NCBI GenBank assembly: GCA_947457935.1
Contig: CANGXP010000003.1
Coordinates: 29,256 to 93,255, forward strand
DNA: 64,000 bases
Direction: 5' to 3'
From: Alphaproteobacteria bacterium
GTDB taxonomy: Bacteria; Pseudomonadota; Alphaproteobacteria; JAJTHO01; CANGXP01
In this document: in pieces, positions 54,794 through 64,000 of the stretch
How positions within the stretch are numbered: the first letter of the stretch is position 1
How the letters are laid out: the number at the start of each line of letters is the position of its first letter
Made by a program: the position numbers and the translations under genes
Notes under the pieces: model-generated
What the model was told of the DNA's origin: nothing
The model's database searches: none
The model's input: only the letters and a program-made list of their open reading frames with translations

Positions 54794-55954
54794 ATGACCC
54801 ATTCGATTCACTCAATCGCCCTTTACATGCCTAGTTTATTGGGAGGCGGGGCAGAGCGCGTGATGTTTAACCTTGCGCAAGAATTTGTGGCACGGGGTAT
54901 TAAGGTGACACTCGTGGTGGATAGATTGCCGAGTTCTTACGGTAAGAATCTTTCTAGCTATCAGTTCCCCATTGTGGAAGAGCAGGGGCAGCAACTCTTA
55001 GATTTAGGCGCATTGAAACTGCCATTTGTATTGTTAAATGCAAAAAAAACGATATTTGCCTTGCCGAAATTACTAAAATTTTTGCGTAAAAATCGCCCTG
55101 ATATACTTTTGGCTGCATTACCTTTTAACAATTTTAATGCGGCTTTAGCCACGTTATTTCCCGCCGCCAAACAAACACGTATTTTCTTAAGTGACCATGC
55201 AGCGATGCAAATGGACGGCAAAAGCAGGGTTTTAAAGATATTGCGACGGTGTTTGTATCCGTTGGCGCACGGCGTTATTGGCGTATCACGCGGGGTGACA
55301 GAGGGGATGCAGCGCATTGTGCCCCGCCTTAAAAATTGTGTCACCATTTATAATCCCATTTTATCTTTGGATTATTCCACGCTCTATGAAACACCTGTTG
55401 ATACAAGCTTTTTGACAGGCTTTCCCCGCCCATTTATTATGTCAGCAGGGCGGTTTAGTGCCCAAAAAGATTTTCAAACACTGTTAAAAGCGTTTGCCCT
55501 GTTCGCCGCAAACAATACAGGAACGCTGGTGTTATTTGGCGATGGTGAGTTGCGTGCAGAGCTAGAAGGATTGGCAAAAAAACTAGGTATTGCCGACAAA
55601 GTGGTGTTTGCAGGGTTTAAAAACCCCCTTTATCCGTTTTATAAACTTGCGGATGTCTTCGTGCTTGCGTCAAACTTTGAAGGGTTCGGGAATGTGTTGG
55701 TGGAAGCCATGGCAACGCAAACCCCTGTGGTGAGTAGTGATTGCCCGTCAGGCCCTTCTGAGATTCTGATAGGCGGAAAATATGGGGAGCTTGTGCCGAT
55801 TGGCGACGCACACGCTATGGCAAAGGGGATTATCAAAGCCCTCGCCACGCCGCCTACAAAACGTGTTGAATTACAAAAACGGGCAGAAGATTTTATGTGC
55901 GGGACGATTGCGGAAGAGTATTTGCGGTTTTTTGCGCAATCAACACCACGTTAA
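54794..55954 (+). CDS. GT4-family glycosyltransferase (likely LPS core-related)
   Basis: 386 aa. The C-terminal EGFGNVLVEAMA motif is the GT4 E-X7-E signature. Convergent with hldE. Confidence 0.85.
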   Translation: MTHSIHSIALYMPSLLGGGAERVMFNLAQEFVARGIKVTLVVDRLPSSYGKNLSSYQFPIVEEQGQQLLDLGALKLPFVLLNAKKTIFALPKLLKFLRKNRPDILLAALPFNNFNAALATLFPAAKQTRIFLSDHAAMQMDGKSRVLKILRRCLYPLAHGVIGVSRGVTEGMQRIVPRLKNCVTIYNPILSLDYSTLYETPVDTSFLTGFPRPFIMSAGRFSAQKDFQTLLKAFALFAANNTGTLVLFGDGELRAELEGLAKKLGIADKVVFAGFKNPLYPFYKLADVFVLASNFEGFGNVLVEAMATQTPVVSSDCPSGPSEILIGGKYGELVPIGDAHAMAKGIIKALATPPTKRVELQKRAEDFMCGTIAEEYLRFFAQSTPR

Positions 55955-57420
55955 TTAGGGCGAACTTGCATCTTCTCGATTAAATTCGTGGTACTATAGC
56001 CCTGCTTCAAATTTGCTAACACCACTTTGCCGCCATAGCTTTGCACAAATTTTGCGCCCACAACCGTCTCAATCGTATAATCTGCGCCTTTCACCAACAC
56101 ATCAGGGCGGATTTTATTGATAAGCTGTTCAGGCGTGTCTTCCCCGAATAGAATAACACCATCCACAACCTCTAACGCGGCAAGCACCATGGCGCGATCG
56201 CGTTCGCCATTCATGGGGCGCGTCTCGCCTTTGAGGCGTTTTACGGAAGCATCTGTGTTCACGCCGACAACAAGCCTGTCACATGCCGCTTTTGCTTGTG
56301 CTAGAAGGCTGATGTGCCCTGTGTGCAGCACGTCAAAACAACCATTCGTAAAGCCAATACGTAAGCCTGCTGCACGCCATTCTTCCAACTGTTCGGCAAG
56401 CAACCGCCATTCTTTGACTTTTAATTCTTGATGGATGCCGCTTTGCTTAGCGCGTAATGCTTGCTTTATTTCTTCAAGGTTTGCTGTTGCCGTACCTGGT
56501 TTGCGTACCACGATGCCTGCTGCAACATTCGCAAGTTGCATCGCTTCCAACATGCTGGCTTTTGCGCCTAATGCTGCGGCGAGCATTGCAACAACGGTGT
56601 CTCCCGCTCCTGATACATCGAATACTTTTACGGCTTCTGTGGGGATATGAAACACCTCACCGCTTTTCAGCACGAGTGACATCCCTTTGGCACTGCGCGT
56701 TGCAACAATCCCTGCAAGGTCATAGCGTGTGAGGAGGGCACGACACGCTGTTACAACCTCTGCATCGGTTTCTGTGGGCAGACCACTTGCAAGTTCAAGC
56801 TCTTGACGGTTTGGGGTTACATAACTTGCGCCGCTATATTTGCTATAATCCTTGCCCTTCGGGTCAACGATAACAGGACGATGTTTGCGTTTTGCAAGGT
56901 TGATGAGTTTTTGGCACACACTGTCTGAAAGTACGCCTTTGCCATAGTCAGATAATACCAGCACAGACGCTTTTTCTAGCAAATTTTCTGCTTTTTCTAA
57001 GAGCTGCTTTTCCATTGTGGAGGACAAAGGAGCAGTGCTTTCCTCATCGGTTCTCAAAAGCTGTTGAATACCCGCGATATGTCGTATTTTTACAGAGGTT
57101 GTGCGTGTGGCATCAGGCAGCAAATGCGCTTGTACATGGGCGCATTTCTCAATAACAGTGCTGCACTTTGTTGCAACGGAGTCGTCCCCCGTAACGCTTA
57201 ACAAAAAATTGGGCGCACCAAATGCTTCTAAATTCAAGGAAACATTGCCTGCGCCGCCAAGCATCTCTGTTTGACGGTCGATAGACAGCACAGGAATAGG
57301 GGCTTCTGGAGAAATGCGTGTTACCGTGCCGTAGACAAATTTATCAAGCATAATATCGCCCACACACAAAACGGGCGCATGTTGAAAGGCAGACAAGAAA
57401 TGTTCTAAAGGATGTGTCAT
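55951..57420 (-). CDS. hldE: bifunctional D-beta-D-heptose 7-phosphate kinase / D-beta-D-heptose 1-phosphate adenylyltransferase
   Basis: N-terminal pfkB sugar kinase domain (VLCVGDIMLDKFVYG, DVSGAGDTV) and C-terminal cytidylyltransferase domain (GCFDVLHTGHISLL). ATG placed at 57418-57420; the upstream 57456 start is a TTG. Confidence 0.9.
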   Translation of the reverse strand: MTHPLEHFLSAFQHAPVLCVGDIMLDKFVYGTVTRISPEAPIPVLSIDRQTEMLGGAGNVSLNLEAFGAPNFLLSVTGDDSVATKCSTVIEKCAHVQAHLLPDATRTTSVKIRHIAGIQQLLRTDEESTAPLSSTMEKQLLEKAENLLEKASVLVLSDYGKGVLSDSVCQKLINLAKRKHRPVIVDPKGKDYSKYSGASYVTPNRQELELASGLPTETDAEVVTACRALLTRYDLAGIVATRSAKGMSLVLKSGEVFHIPTEAVKVFDVSGAGDTVVAMLAAALGAKASMLEAMQLANVAAGIVVRKPGTATANLEEIKQALRAKQSGIHQELKVKEWRLLAEQLEEWRAAGLRIGFTNGCFDVLHTGHISLLAQAKAACDRLVVGVNTDASVKRLKGETRPMNGERDRAMVLAALEVVDGVILFGEDTPEQLINKIRPDVLVKGADYTIETVVGAKFVQSYGGKVVLANLKQGYSTTNLIEKMQVRPN

Positions 57421-57840
57421 ATCCCTATAGAATAAGGACAACAGCGATTTTTTCAATCAATGATTTTGTGGGATACGGTATTTTGTGTATAACAACGAAA
57501 GCCTGTTCAAGATCTCGCTAGACCGCTAGCGAAAACGGCTTAATGAGAGAAATGGCGCGCAGTTGACTTTTGGGTGAATGAGCACCGTATCGCATCATTA
57601 AGATGTTTGCAGCAAGGTATAGCAGAGATACTGAATATTTAGCAAAGTCCAAAGGGGGGAGGTTGGCTCCCCCCGCTTGGCATGAAAGGAAAACATTATA
57701 TTGGATCTTTTCTCTCACCATACGATTAAAAATTCGTAAGGGTGTGAATAAATAATCCTAGGGGTAGTGTTGTGTTCGCGCATAACGCTACCCTGTTTTC
57801 CTCTTTACCTTACAGAAATTTCCTTAATAAGTCAAGCATT

Positions 57841-59139
57841 ATGACCTCTCCTCTCCTCCAAACAAAACTCGATGCATTGCTTGCGCTGCACCCCAAAGTG
57901 ATTGATTTATCGCTCGGGCGCATTGAAGCATTGCTCGCTAAAATGGGCAATCCTGAACGGTATATCCCGCCTGTCATTCACGTTGCGGGCACGAACGGGA
58001 AAGGGTCAACCGTTGCCTTCCTCCGCGCCATGCTGGAGGCTGCGGGAAAAAAAGTGCATGTTTATACGTCGCCGCATTTGGTGCGTTTTAATGAGCGAAT
58101 TGTGTGCGGCGGGCTTGAGATTGACGATACACGGCTGATAAATGCCCTTGATACGGTTGAGCGCGTGAATGCGGGCGACGCCATTACCTATTTTGAAATT
58201 ACCACCGCTGCGGCATTCATGCTGTTTGCAGAAATTCCCGCTGATGTATTGCTGTTAGAAGTGGGGCTAGGCGGCAGATTGGATGCAACGAATGTTGCGT
58301 TGAAAAAACTGCTTGCGAGTGTCATCACCCCTATTTCCTTTGATCATCAGGATTATTTAGGCGACACGCTGCAACAAATTGCAACGGAAAAAGCGGGGAT
58401 AATCAAGCAGGGCGTGCCTGTTATTAGCGCGGCGCAAAAAGCGCCTGTTCGCACGGTATTAGCGGAAACAGCCATTGCCCACAATGCCCCGCTGGTGTGT
58501 GCAGGGTTGGATTATCGGTTTACACAAACAACAACGGGATTCACTTACCACGGCAGAGTTTGGGAAAATCTTATGCTGCCGCATCCCGCTTTGTATGGTG
58601 CGTATCAATATGCCAATGCGGCAACCGCCATTGCCGCGCTTGAGCAATTACCCGTTTTAGGCGTTACCGAGCAAGCCATTGCACAGGGCGTTGCGTCAGC
58701 ATCGTGGCCAGCACGGATGCAACGGCTTACCATAGAACAACAAGAGCTATGGCTCGATGGCAGCCACAATGAAGCAGGGGCAGAAAGTCTTGCTGCAACA
58801 CTTATGACATGGAAAGAGCAGGGGCTTCCGCCCGTAACGCTGATTCTCGGCATGTTGCAAACCAAAAGCGTTGAACGGTTTGTGGCGCATCTGAAGCCTT
58901 ATATTGGGCAGGTTTACACTGTGCCTATTCCCCGCACCCCCAAAGCTTATTCCCCAGAAGACTTGAGTATTCTGTTAAAAGAGCAGGGGATTGATGCATT
59001 GCCCACACAAAATATACAACAAGCCTTGCAAAATGCTAAAAACCACGGCATAGAGAACGCCAGCAATTCAAAACCCCCGATTGTTATCACGGGGTCGCTG
59101 TATTTAGCAGGGGTGGTATTAGCCGAAAACGCCCCGTAA
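57841..59139 (+). CDS. folC: dihydrofolate synthase / folylpolyglutamate synthase
   Basis: HVAGTNGKGST P-loop plus the Mur ligase fold. Start placed at MTSPLL (57841). Confidence 0.85.
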   Translation: MTSPLLQTKLDALLALHPKVIDLSLGRIEALLAKMGNPERYIPPVIHVAGTNGKGSTVAFLRAMLEAAGKKVHVYTSPHLVRFNERIVCGGLEIDDTRLINALDTVERVNAGDAITYFEITTAAAFMLFAEIPADVLLLEVGLGGRLDATNVALKKLLASVITPISFDHQDYLGDTLQQIATEKAGIIKQGVPVISAAQKAPVRTVLAETAIAHNAPLVCAGLDYRFTQTTTGFTYHGRVWENLMLPHPALYGAYQYANAATAIAALEQLPVLGVTEQAIAQGVASASWPARMQRLTIEQQELWLDGSHNEAGAESLAATLMTWKEQGLPPVTLILGMLQTKSVERFVAHLKPYIGQVYTVPIPRTPKAYSPEDLSILLKEQGIDALPTQNIQQALQNAKNHGIENASNSKPPIVITGSLYLAGVVLAENAP

Positions 59140-59151
59140 TGTTTTTGAGTT

Positions 59152-59239
59152 GCCCTCGTGGCGGAATCGGTAGACGCAACAGACTTAAAATCTGTCGGGA
59201 TTTATTCCCGTACCCGTTCAAGTCGGGTCGAGGGCACCA
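59152..59239 (+). tRNA. tRNA-Leu (anticodon TAA), type II with long variable arm, CCA encoded
   Basis: Acceptor stem GCCCTCG/CGAGGGC, anticodon stem ACAGA/TCTGT with loop CTTAAAA, long variable arm cgggatttattcccgt, and 3' ACCA. Confidence 0.85.
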
Positions 59240-59428
59240 TTCTTATAGTTGGTTGAAGAATTAACAGGACAGAGGCGAGAACAAGTTGAGGTCGACGCGG
59301 TGTACACTTTCGTACATTAGGAGGCCGAAACGAAGTTCGCAGTCCTGTCCAGTTAATTATGCAACTGACTATAAAATTATTACAAGACGTAGTGGCTTTC
59401 ACATAGAGTCTATTCTAGATTATCTGTC

Positions 59429-61276
59429 ATGCTCGCCACCCTCGGTTCATCGTTTCTATTTTTCGCCCTCACTGTCGCGCTTTTACAAGCCATAGGCGTG
59501 TTTTTCCCGAAGCATATTCCCCCGCATCACACGCGTCGTTTCGCACACGCCTGTTTTATAGGCACAGGAAGCGCGTTTTTTACTCTGATGTATGCGTATA
59601 TCGTCTCTGATTTTTCGCTGGAAAATGTGTTCCAGAATTCGCACACCAAAAAGCCGTTGCTCTATAAAATCAGTGGGGTGTGGGGCAATCATGAAGGATC
59701 CATGCTGTTGTGGATGGTGATTCTGGCAGGCTATGGCGCGTGGTATGCGCGGCGTCCGTTAAAAACAGCGCTGCAACATACCACAACCGCGCTGTTGGGC
59801 TGCATCAACACAGGGATTTTGCTGTACATCATCGGCGTTTCCACGCCGTTTATCACGCTGTTCCCGATACCAAAACAGGGGCAAGATTTAAATCCGCTCT
59901 TGCAAGACCCTGCACTCGCGCTGCATCCGCCGTTTTTATACCTTGGCTATATTGGCTTCGCCGTGCCTTACGCGTTGGCGTTGGCAGCACTTCTCAAACG
60001 CGCTGCACCAACAGAATGGACGGCCTCATTACTACGGTACACCTTAGTGGCGTGGAGCTTTCTCACCATCGGTATTGGACTCGGCAGTTTTTGGGCATAT
60101 TACGAGCTGGGCTGGGGTGGTTGGTGGTTTTGGGATCCTGTGGAAAATGCCTCGCTGTTGCCGTGGCTTGCAGGCTTAACGCTGATTCATGCAGCCATCA
60201 TCACCCACAAAAAACAGGCGTTGCAAAGCTGGACGTTACTGCTCGCGTTGCTCACGTTTAGCCTTAGTTTGGTGGGGACGTTTTTGGTGCGTTCGGGTTT
60301 GCTCACCTCGGTGCATAGCTTTGCGAGTGACCCCACACGCGGCTTATTCATGTTGGTGCTGATTGTGCTGACGATTGGTGCAGGATTGTTGGTTTACGCG
60401 CTCCGTGCGCCGAAACTGACACGAGGAAACCCTGTCGAACTTTACACTCCTGCTGGCGGCATGTTGTTAGGCAATGTGCTGCTGATTACGAGTTGTGGCA
60501 CGGTGTTGCTGGGCACGCTCTATCCGTTGTTATTAGAGGCAATGGGGAACAGCACTATTTCTGTCGGTGCACCGTATTTTGAGGCGACGTTTGTGCCGCT
60601 GATGCTCCCGTTATTGGGGCTGATGGCACTTGCGCCGTTGTTAGGCAGCGGACGCAAAAACTATCTTAAATTAGCCTTAGCAACTGTTGTGGGCGGCGGG
60701 GCATTGTGCCTATATTTTCAGCCTCCGAACGTAATGGCGGCGGCGGGTTTTATTCTCGCGGCAGCCGTCACCTTCACCGCGATTTTTTCCTATACCAAGC
60801 AACGCACTTTAAGTTTCAGCTTGGCGCATGGCGGTATGGCGCTTGCTATTATCGGCATGATTACCGCCAGCACCCTGCAACAAACCAAAACCTTTACGCT
60901 AGAGCAGGGGCAAAGCGCGGATTTTAATGGATATACCCTGACCCTCAACAGCATAGAAAGTGCGGTGATTGGCACCTATCAAACGGTGATTGCTAAGGTT
61001 GATGTGTATCAAGGAACACGCTTTCAAGCATCACTCGCGCCTGAAAAACGCTTTTACTTTGCACGGCAAATGATGACCAGCGAAATAGGGCTGCATGGCA
61101 AGGGCTTGAGCGACCTCTATTTAATTTTAGGCGAGAGCCAAAAAGAAGCAGATGGCACAATTAAATATTGGAATTTTCAGGCACTGTATAACCCGTTTAT
61201 TCGACTGATTTGGTTGGGATTGGTGCTCGCGGCTATTGGCGGGCTATTGGGCGTGAGAAAGCGGATTGAACAATAG
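59429..61276 (+). CDS. ccmF: cytochrome c-type biogenesis protein CcmF
   Basis: 615-aa polytopic membrane protein. WGGWWFWDPVENASLLPWL is the CcmF WWD domain. Confidence 0.92.
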   Translation: MLATLGSSFLFFALTVALLQAIGVFFPKHIPPHHTRRFAHACFIGTGSAFFTLMYAYIVSDFSLENVFQNSHTKKPLLYKISGVWGNHEGSMLLWMVILAGYGAWYARRPLKTALQHTTTALLGCINTGILLYIIGVSTPFITLFPIPKQGQDLNPLLQDPALALHPPFLYLGYIGFAVPYALALAALLKRAAPTEWTASLLRYTLVAWSFLTIGIGLGSFWAYYELGWGGWWFWDPVENASLLPWLAGLTLIHAAIITHKKQALQSWTLLLALLTFSLSLVGTFLVRSGLLTSVHSFASDPTRGLFMLVLIVLTIGAGLLVYALRAPKLTRGNPVELYTPAGGMLLGNVLLITSCGTVLLGTLYPLLLEAMGNSTISVGAPYFEATFVPLMLPLLGLMALAPLLGSGRKNYLKLALATVVGGGALCLYFQPPNVMAAAGFILAAAVTFTAIFSYTKQRTLSFSLAHGGMALAIIGMITASTLQQTKTFTLEQGQSADFNGYTLTLNSIESAVIGTYQTVIAKVDVYQGTRFQASLAPEKRFYFARQMMTSEIGLHGKGLSDLYLILGESQKEADGTIKYWNFQALYNPFIRLIWLGLVLAAIGGLLGVRKRIEQ

Positions 61277-61367
61277 GGGAAGAGTTGCTATTAACTGATC
61301 ATCTAATAGTGACGCTTAATTTTGAGTGTTGTGGACACGACGTATTACTTACAAGGAATTGACAGAC

Positions 61368-62375
61368 ATGATCGAAGGTTTGCGATTATTAGATAGAGTT
61401 CTTGATAAGGAGTTCATTCAGCATCCTGCCCAACATACTACAGCTATTACGGCTACAGAGTTACGCAATACTGCGTGGCAGAAGGATGCAAGAATACCAA
61501 GTTGGGTTGATATATTTGGCGTTGGTTTAGATCAATTTTTTACACGCCCTGATGTTGCAAAAGGATGCTGGAAATCATTTTGCGATTACATCACTGCTGA
61601 TGGTGGAAATATATCAAATTATAAATTCATTGAGCCGTCCGCAGGTATGGGGGCGTTTTATGATCTACTACCAGATGATCGGCGTGTAGGTATTGATGTA
61701 GAACAATTTAGACCCTCTTATATTAAGAGCGATTTTTTATCATGGACACCCGAAAAAAATGGTTACAGTTATGCTTGTATTGGGAATCCGCCTTTCGGTT
61801 ATCGGGCGTGGCTAGCACTGATTTTTCTGAATCATGCTGCACAATTCTCTGATTATGTTGGTTTCATTTTACCTATGGGCTTTCAAAGCAGAGGAAAAAG
61901 TAATTTGATAGACAGAGTAAAAGGGCTTTATCTTGTTCATTCTTCGCATCTACCTCAGGACAGCTTTATCGGTATTGATGGAAAATCAGTAAAAGTAAAC
62001 GCGTTGTGGCAAATATGGGCACGCAATCCTAAAGGAAAAGAGCTAACAACTAAAACGTGCAATCAATATATAGATTTGTTCACAGTTGATATGCGCAAAG
62101 AGAGGTTGTGTGGTCAGAAGCGTTTACATGAGGCAGATTTTTTTTTACAGCGAACTTTTTATAATGATCCGCCAAGCCTTGTGACAAGTTTTGACCTAGT
62201 GAAATATTGTTGTGGATACGGAATAGTAATTAAGCGTGATAAGACAAGAGTTATTAATATTTTGAACAATACAGATTGGCGAAAATATAGCAATCTCGCG
62301 AGTCATAATTGCAGACACATTAGTATGTGTCATATAAGGCAAGCACTAACAGATGCGGGGTTTATCGATGTGTGA
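61368..62375 (+). CDS. DNA N6-adenine methyltransferase, gamma class (type II R-M modification subunit)
   Basis: Motif I FIEPSAGMGAFYDLL (ExxxGxG) lies before motif IV IGNPPFGY (NPPF), the gamma-class order as in M.TaqI. AAGGA Shine-Dalgarno 10 nt before the ATG at 61368. AT-rich relative to neighbours. Confidence 0.75.
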   Translation: MIEGLRLLDRVLDKEFIQHPAQHTTAITATELRNTAWQKDARIPSWVDIFGVGLDQFFTRPDVAKGCWKSFCDYITADGGNISNYKFIEPSAGMGAFYDLLPDDRRVGIDVEQFRPSYIKSDFLSWTPEKNGYSYACIGNPPFGYRAWLALIFLNHAAQFSDYVGFILPMGFQSRGKSNLIDRVKGLYLVHSSHLPQDSFIGIDGKSVKVNALWQIWARNPKGKELTTKTCNQYIDLFTVDMRKERLCGQKRLHEADFFLQRTFYNDPPSLVTSFDLVKYCCGYGIVIKRDKTRVINILNNTDWRKYSNLASHNCRHISMCHIRQALTDAGFIDV

Positions 62376-62892
62376 TTCTATCAAATTATTTGCTGATGCA
62401 ATACAAGAGTTTCACAACCATTCTAAATGGGATAATGCTCCGCTAAGTGGTATAAAAACACTATCTAACACCTGTGTAGGCAGTGTTGGGCAGCTTTTTA
62501 TAGAAAAATTATGCAAAGAATTGTTGATGCCCTGTTTATTTCCTATTAACCAAAAAGGCACGCGATTGAACCAGAGTCCGTGGGATATAAAGATAGCTAA
62601 TATTGAATTTGAATTAAAAACGGCAACAGAAGATGTCAACGGCAATTTTCAATTTAACCATGTTCGCTACCATCGTCCATATCAGGCATTACTATGTTTG
62701 GGTGTGTCACCAGCTAATTTATATTTTGGTGTATGGTCGAAAGGTGACGTGGCAACAGGTAAAGCTGGTAGACTAGTAAGCATGGAAAAAGGTGCTAATG
62801 CTTCGTATAAACTTACAAAAACTCCCGCTCAGTTGCACGAAATAAATCAGTTCAAATTTTTGATTGATAAATTTACTGAAGAATTTAGGTGA
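62353..62892 (+). CDS. putative type II restriction endonuclease (PD-(D/E)xK)
   Basis: 179 aa. WDIKIANIEFELK fits the D-Xn-E-x-K catalytic core. Overlaps the methyltransferase gene 3' end by 23 bp, so operonic. Confidence 0.5.
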   Translation: MRGLSMCDSIKLFADAIQEFHNHSKWDNAPLSGIKTLSNTCVGSVGQLFIEKLCKELLMPCLFPINQKGTRLNQSPWDIKIANIEFELKTATEDVNGNFQFNHVRYHRPYQALLCLGVSPANLYFGVWSKGDVATGKAGRLVSMEKGANASYKLTKTPAQLHEINQFKFLIDKFTEEFR

Positions 62893-62960
62893 TGGAGTTT
62901 TAGAGCCAAGTATATTTAGTCTTCAGATTTAGCTTCATACTTAGAAAGTTAGGGATCTTT

Positions 62961-63710
62961 ATGTTTTCACTGAATAATAAAATTGCCCTTGTAACGGGCG
63001 CATCGGGCGGCATTGGGGCAGATATTGCGCGGCATTTTGCGGCAAACGGCGCAACCGTCATTCTTTCTGGCACGAATGTTGAAAAATTAAACAGCGTTTT
63101 AGCCTCGCTGCCAGCAGCAAAAATAGGCACGCACACCATTATTACCGCCAATCTCAGAGATCCTGAAGCCTTGGCAACGCTTGCTAAAGAGGCGGAAGAA
63201 TTGCACGGTCGCATTGATATTCTCGTGAATAATGCGGGGCTGACCAAAGATGGGTTGCTGATGCGGATGAAAGACGAGGATTGGTTGGATGTTCTGGAAG
63301 TCAACCTCACAGGCGCGTTCCGCCTGTCTCGCGCCGTTATCAAAGGCATGATGAAAAACCGCACAGGAAGAATCATCAACATTGCCTCTGTCGTTGGTGT
63401 GATGGGCAATGCAGGGCAAACGAACTACGTTGCCAGCAAAGCAGGGTTGATTGGCTTTAGCAAAGCACTTGCGCAAGAGGTGGCAAGTCGCGGCATCACG
63501 GTGAACACCATCGCTCCGGGATTTATCAGCACCCCCATGACAGAAAAACTCAATGACGCACAAAGAGACGCGATGCTTGCCCGCATTCCTCTTGGTGTTT
63601 TCGGCACAGGGGATGATATTGCCGTTGCTGCATTGTATCTTGCGTCAGACGGTGCAAAATATGTTACAGGGCAAACGCTCCATGTAAATGGCGGGATGGT
63701 GATGGTGTAA
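62961..63710 (+). CDS. fabG: 3-oxoacyl-[ACP] reductase
   Basis: IALVTGASGGIG, NAG and the YVASKAG catalytic tetrad region. Classic short-chain dehydrogenase FabG. Confidence 0.9.
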   Translation: MFSLNNKIALVTGASGGIGADIARHFAANGATVILSGTNVEKLNSVLASLPAAKIGTHTIITANLRDPEALATLAKEAEELHGRIDILVNNAGLTKDGLLMRMKDEDWLDVLEVNLTGAFRLSRAVIKGMMKNRTGRIINIASVVGVMGNAGQTNYVASKAGLIGFSKALAQEVASRGITVNTIAPGFISTPMTEKLNDAQRDAMLARIPLGVFGTGDDIAVAALYLASDGAKYVTGQTLHVNGGMVMV

Positions 63711-63813
63711 GGGGAAAAAATTTACCCCAGCCGCATGCAAGCAGAGGCTAAACTGGGGTGTACAATGTAACAGTACTTCAAAACGGTTGAAAATACGAGT
63801 GCGTATTTGAAAA

Positions 63814-63845
63814 AAGAAAGCCCTTGCAGGGCAAGGGCTTTCTTT
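63814..63845. terminator. bidirectional rho-independent terminator (AAAGCCCTTGC-agg-GCAAGGGCTTT)
   Basis: Perfect 11-bp stem flanked by A-rich sequence on the left and TCTTT on the right, between fabG and a convergent minus-strand gene. Confidence 0.8.
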
Positions 63846-63866
63846 AGGAATCATAACCAGAAAAGG

Positions 63867-64000
63867 TTAAACGTCTTCTTTTTTTGCTGTTGCTTTTTTT
63901 ACTCCCTCAGCAACCCCTCCTGCGAAGGCTCCAACGAGATTTGCAGTCAACATAGTGTAGAATGTTGGAGTATCGATTTGAACCTTAAAACCGAAAATCG
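63867..64000 (-). CDS. hypothetical protein, C-terminal fragment (gene continues beyond window end)
   Basis: Minus-strand frame reads ...GFKVQIDTPTFYTMLTANLVGAFAGGVAEGVKKATAKKEDV*, ending at the TAA at 63867-63869, with no internal stop to the window edge. Confidence 0.3.
   Translation of the reverse strand, partial: IFGFKVQIDTPTFYTMLTANLVGAFAGGVAEGVKKATAKKEDV

Noticed and set aside
57518-57721. 67-aa ORF in the hldE-folC divergent intergenic region
   Set aside because: No Shine-Dalgarno and no conservation cues. The region holds divergent promoters plus a GGGGGGAG/CTCCCCCC hairpin and a TCGCTAG-n4-CTAGCGA palindrome that are more likely regulatory.

Overview
Alphaproteobacterial chromosomal window (5-aminolevulinate synthase hemA, Hda, a CckA-like hybrid kinase and an HldE/LPS-core glycosyltransferase point to this class). 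It is mostly housekeeping genes in conserved syntenies: rsmB-rpe-heparinaseII/III-like-purH; leuD/leuB; rnhB; dnaN; groESL with a CIRCE element and sigma32 promoter; dnaK; folE-apaG; rpsU with its divergent COQ9-like gene; hemA; ligA-bamD; a flagellar cluster fliW-flgL-flgK-flgN-like-rod-binding protein-flgI with flhB; hda-perM; purM; leuS-lptE...holA; hldE; folC; tRNA-Leu; ccmF; fabG. Several accessory features interrupt this backbone. (1) A ~2.4 kb insertion between lptE and holA carries a hypothetical gene and a STAND/AAA+ ATPase (NPFxPG...GR N-terminal motif, Walker A and B); the ATPase is bracketed by ~68-bp direct repeats that duplicate the holA start, with iteron-like 10-bp repeats upstream. 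(2) A low-GC two-gene cassette between ccmF and fabG looks like a type II restriction-modification system: a gamma-class N6-adenine methyltransferase followed by a PD-(D/E)xK endonuclease. (3) A 1043-aa secreted protein has an N-terminal right-handed beta-helix and C-terminal RTX nonapeptide repeats (AlgE/RTX-like); a cluster of REP-like palindromes lies downstream of it. (4) A HigB/HigA-like toxin-antitoxin pair splits leuD from leuB. (5) A MITE-like repeat family with GTCATTCCC...GGGAATGAC terminal inverted repeats occurs three times. (6) A 3.5x ~130-bp tandem repeat region follows holA, and a ~100-bp paralogous intergenic element occurs twice. No rRNA, CRISPR or prophage was seen.
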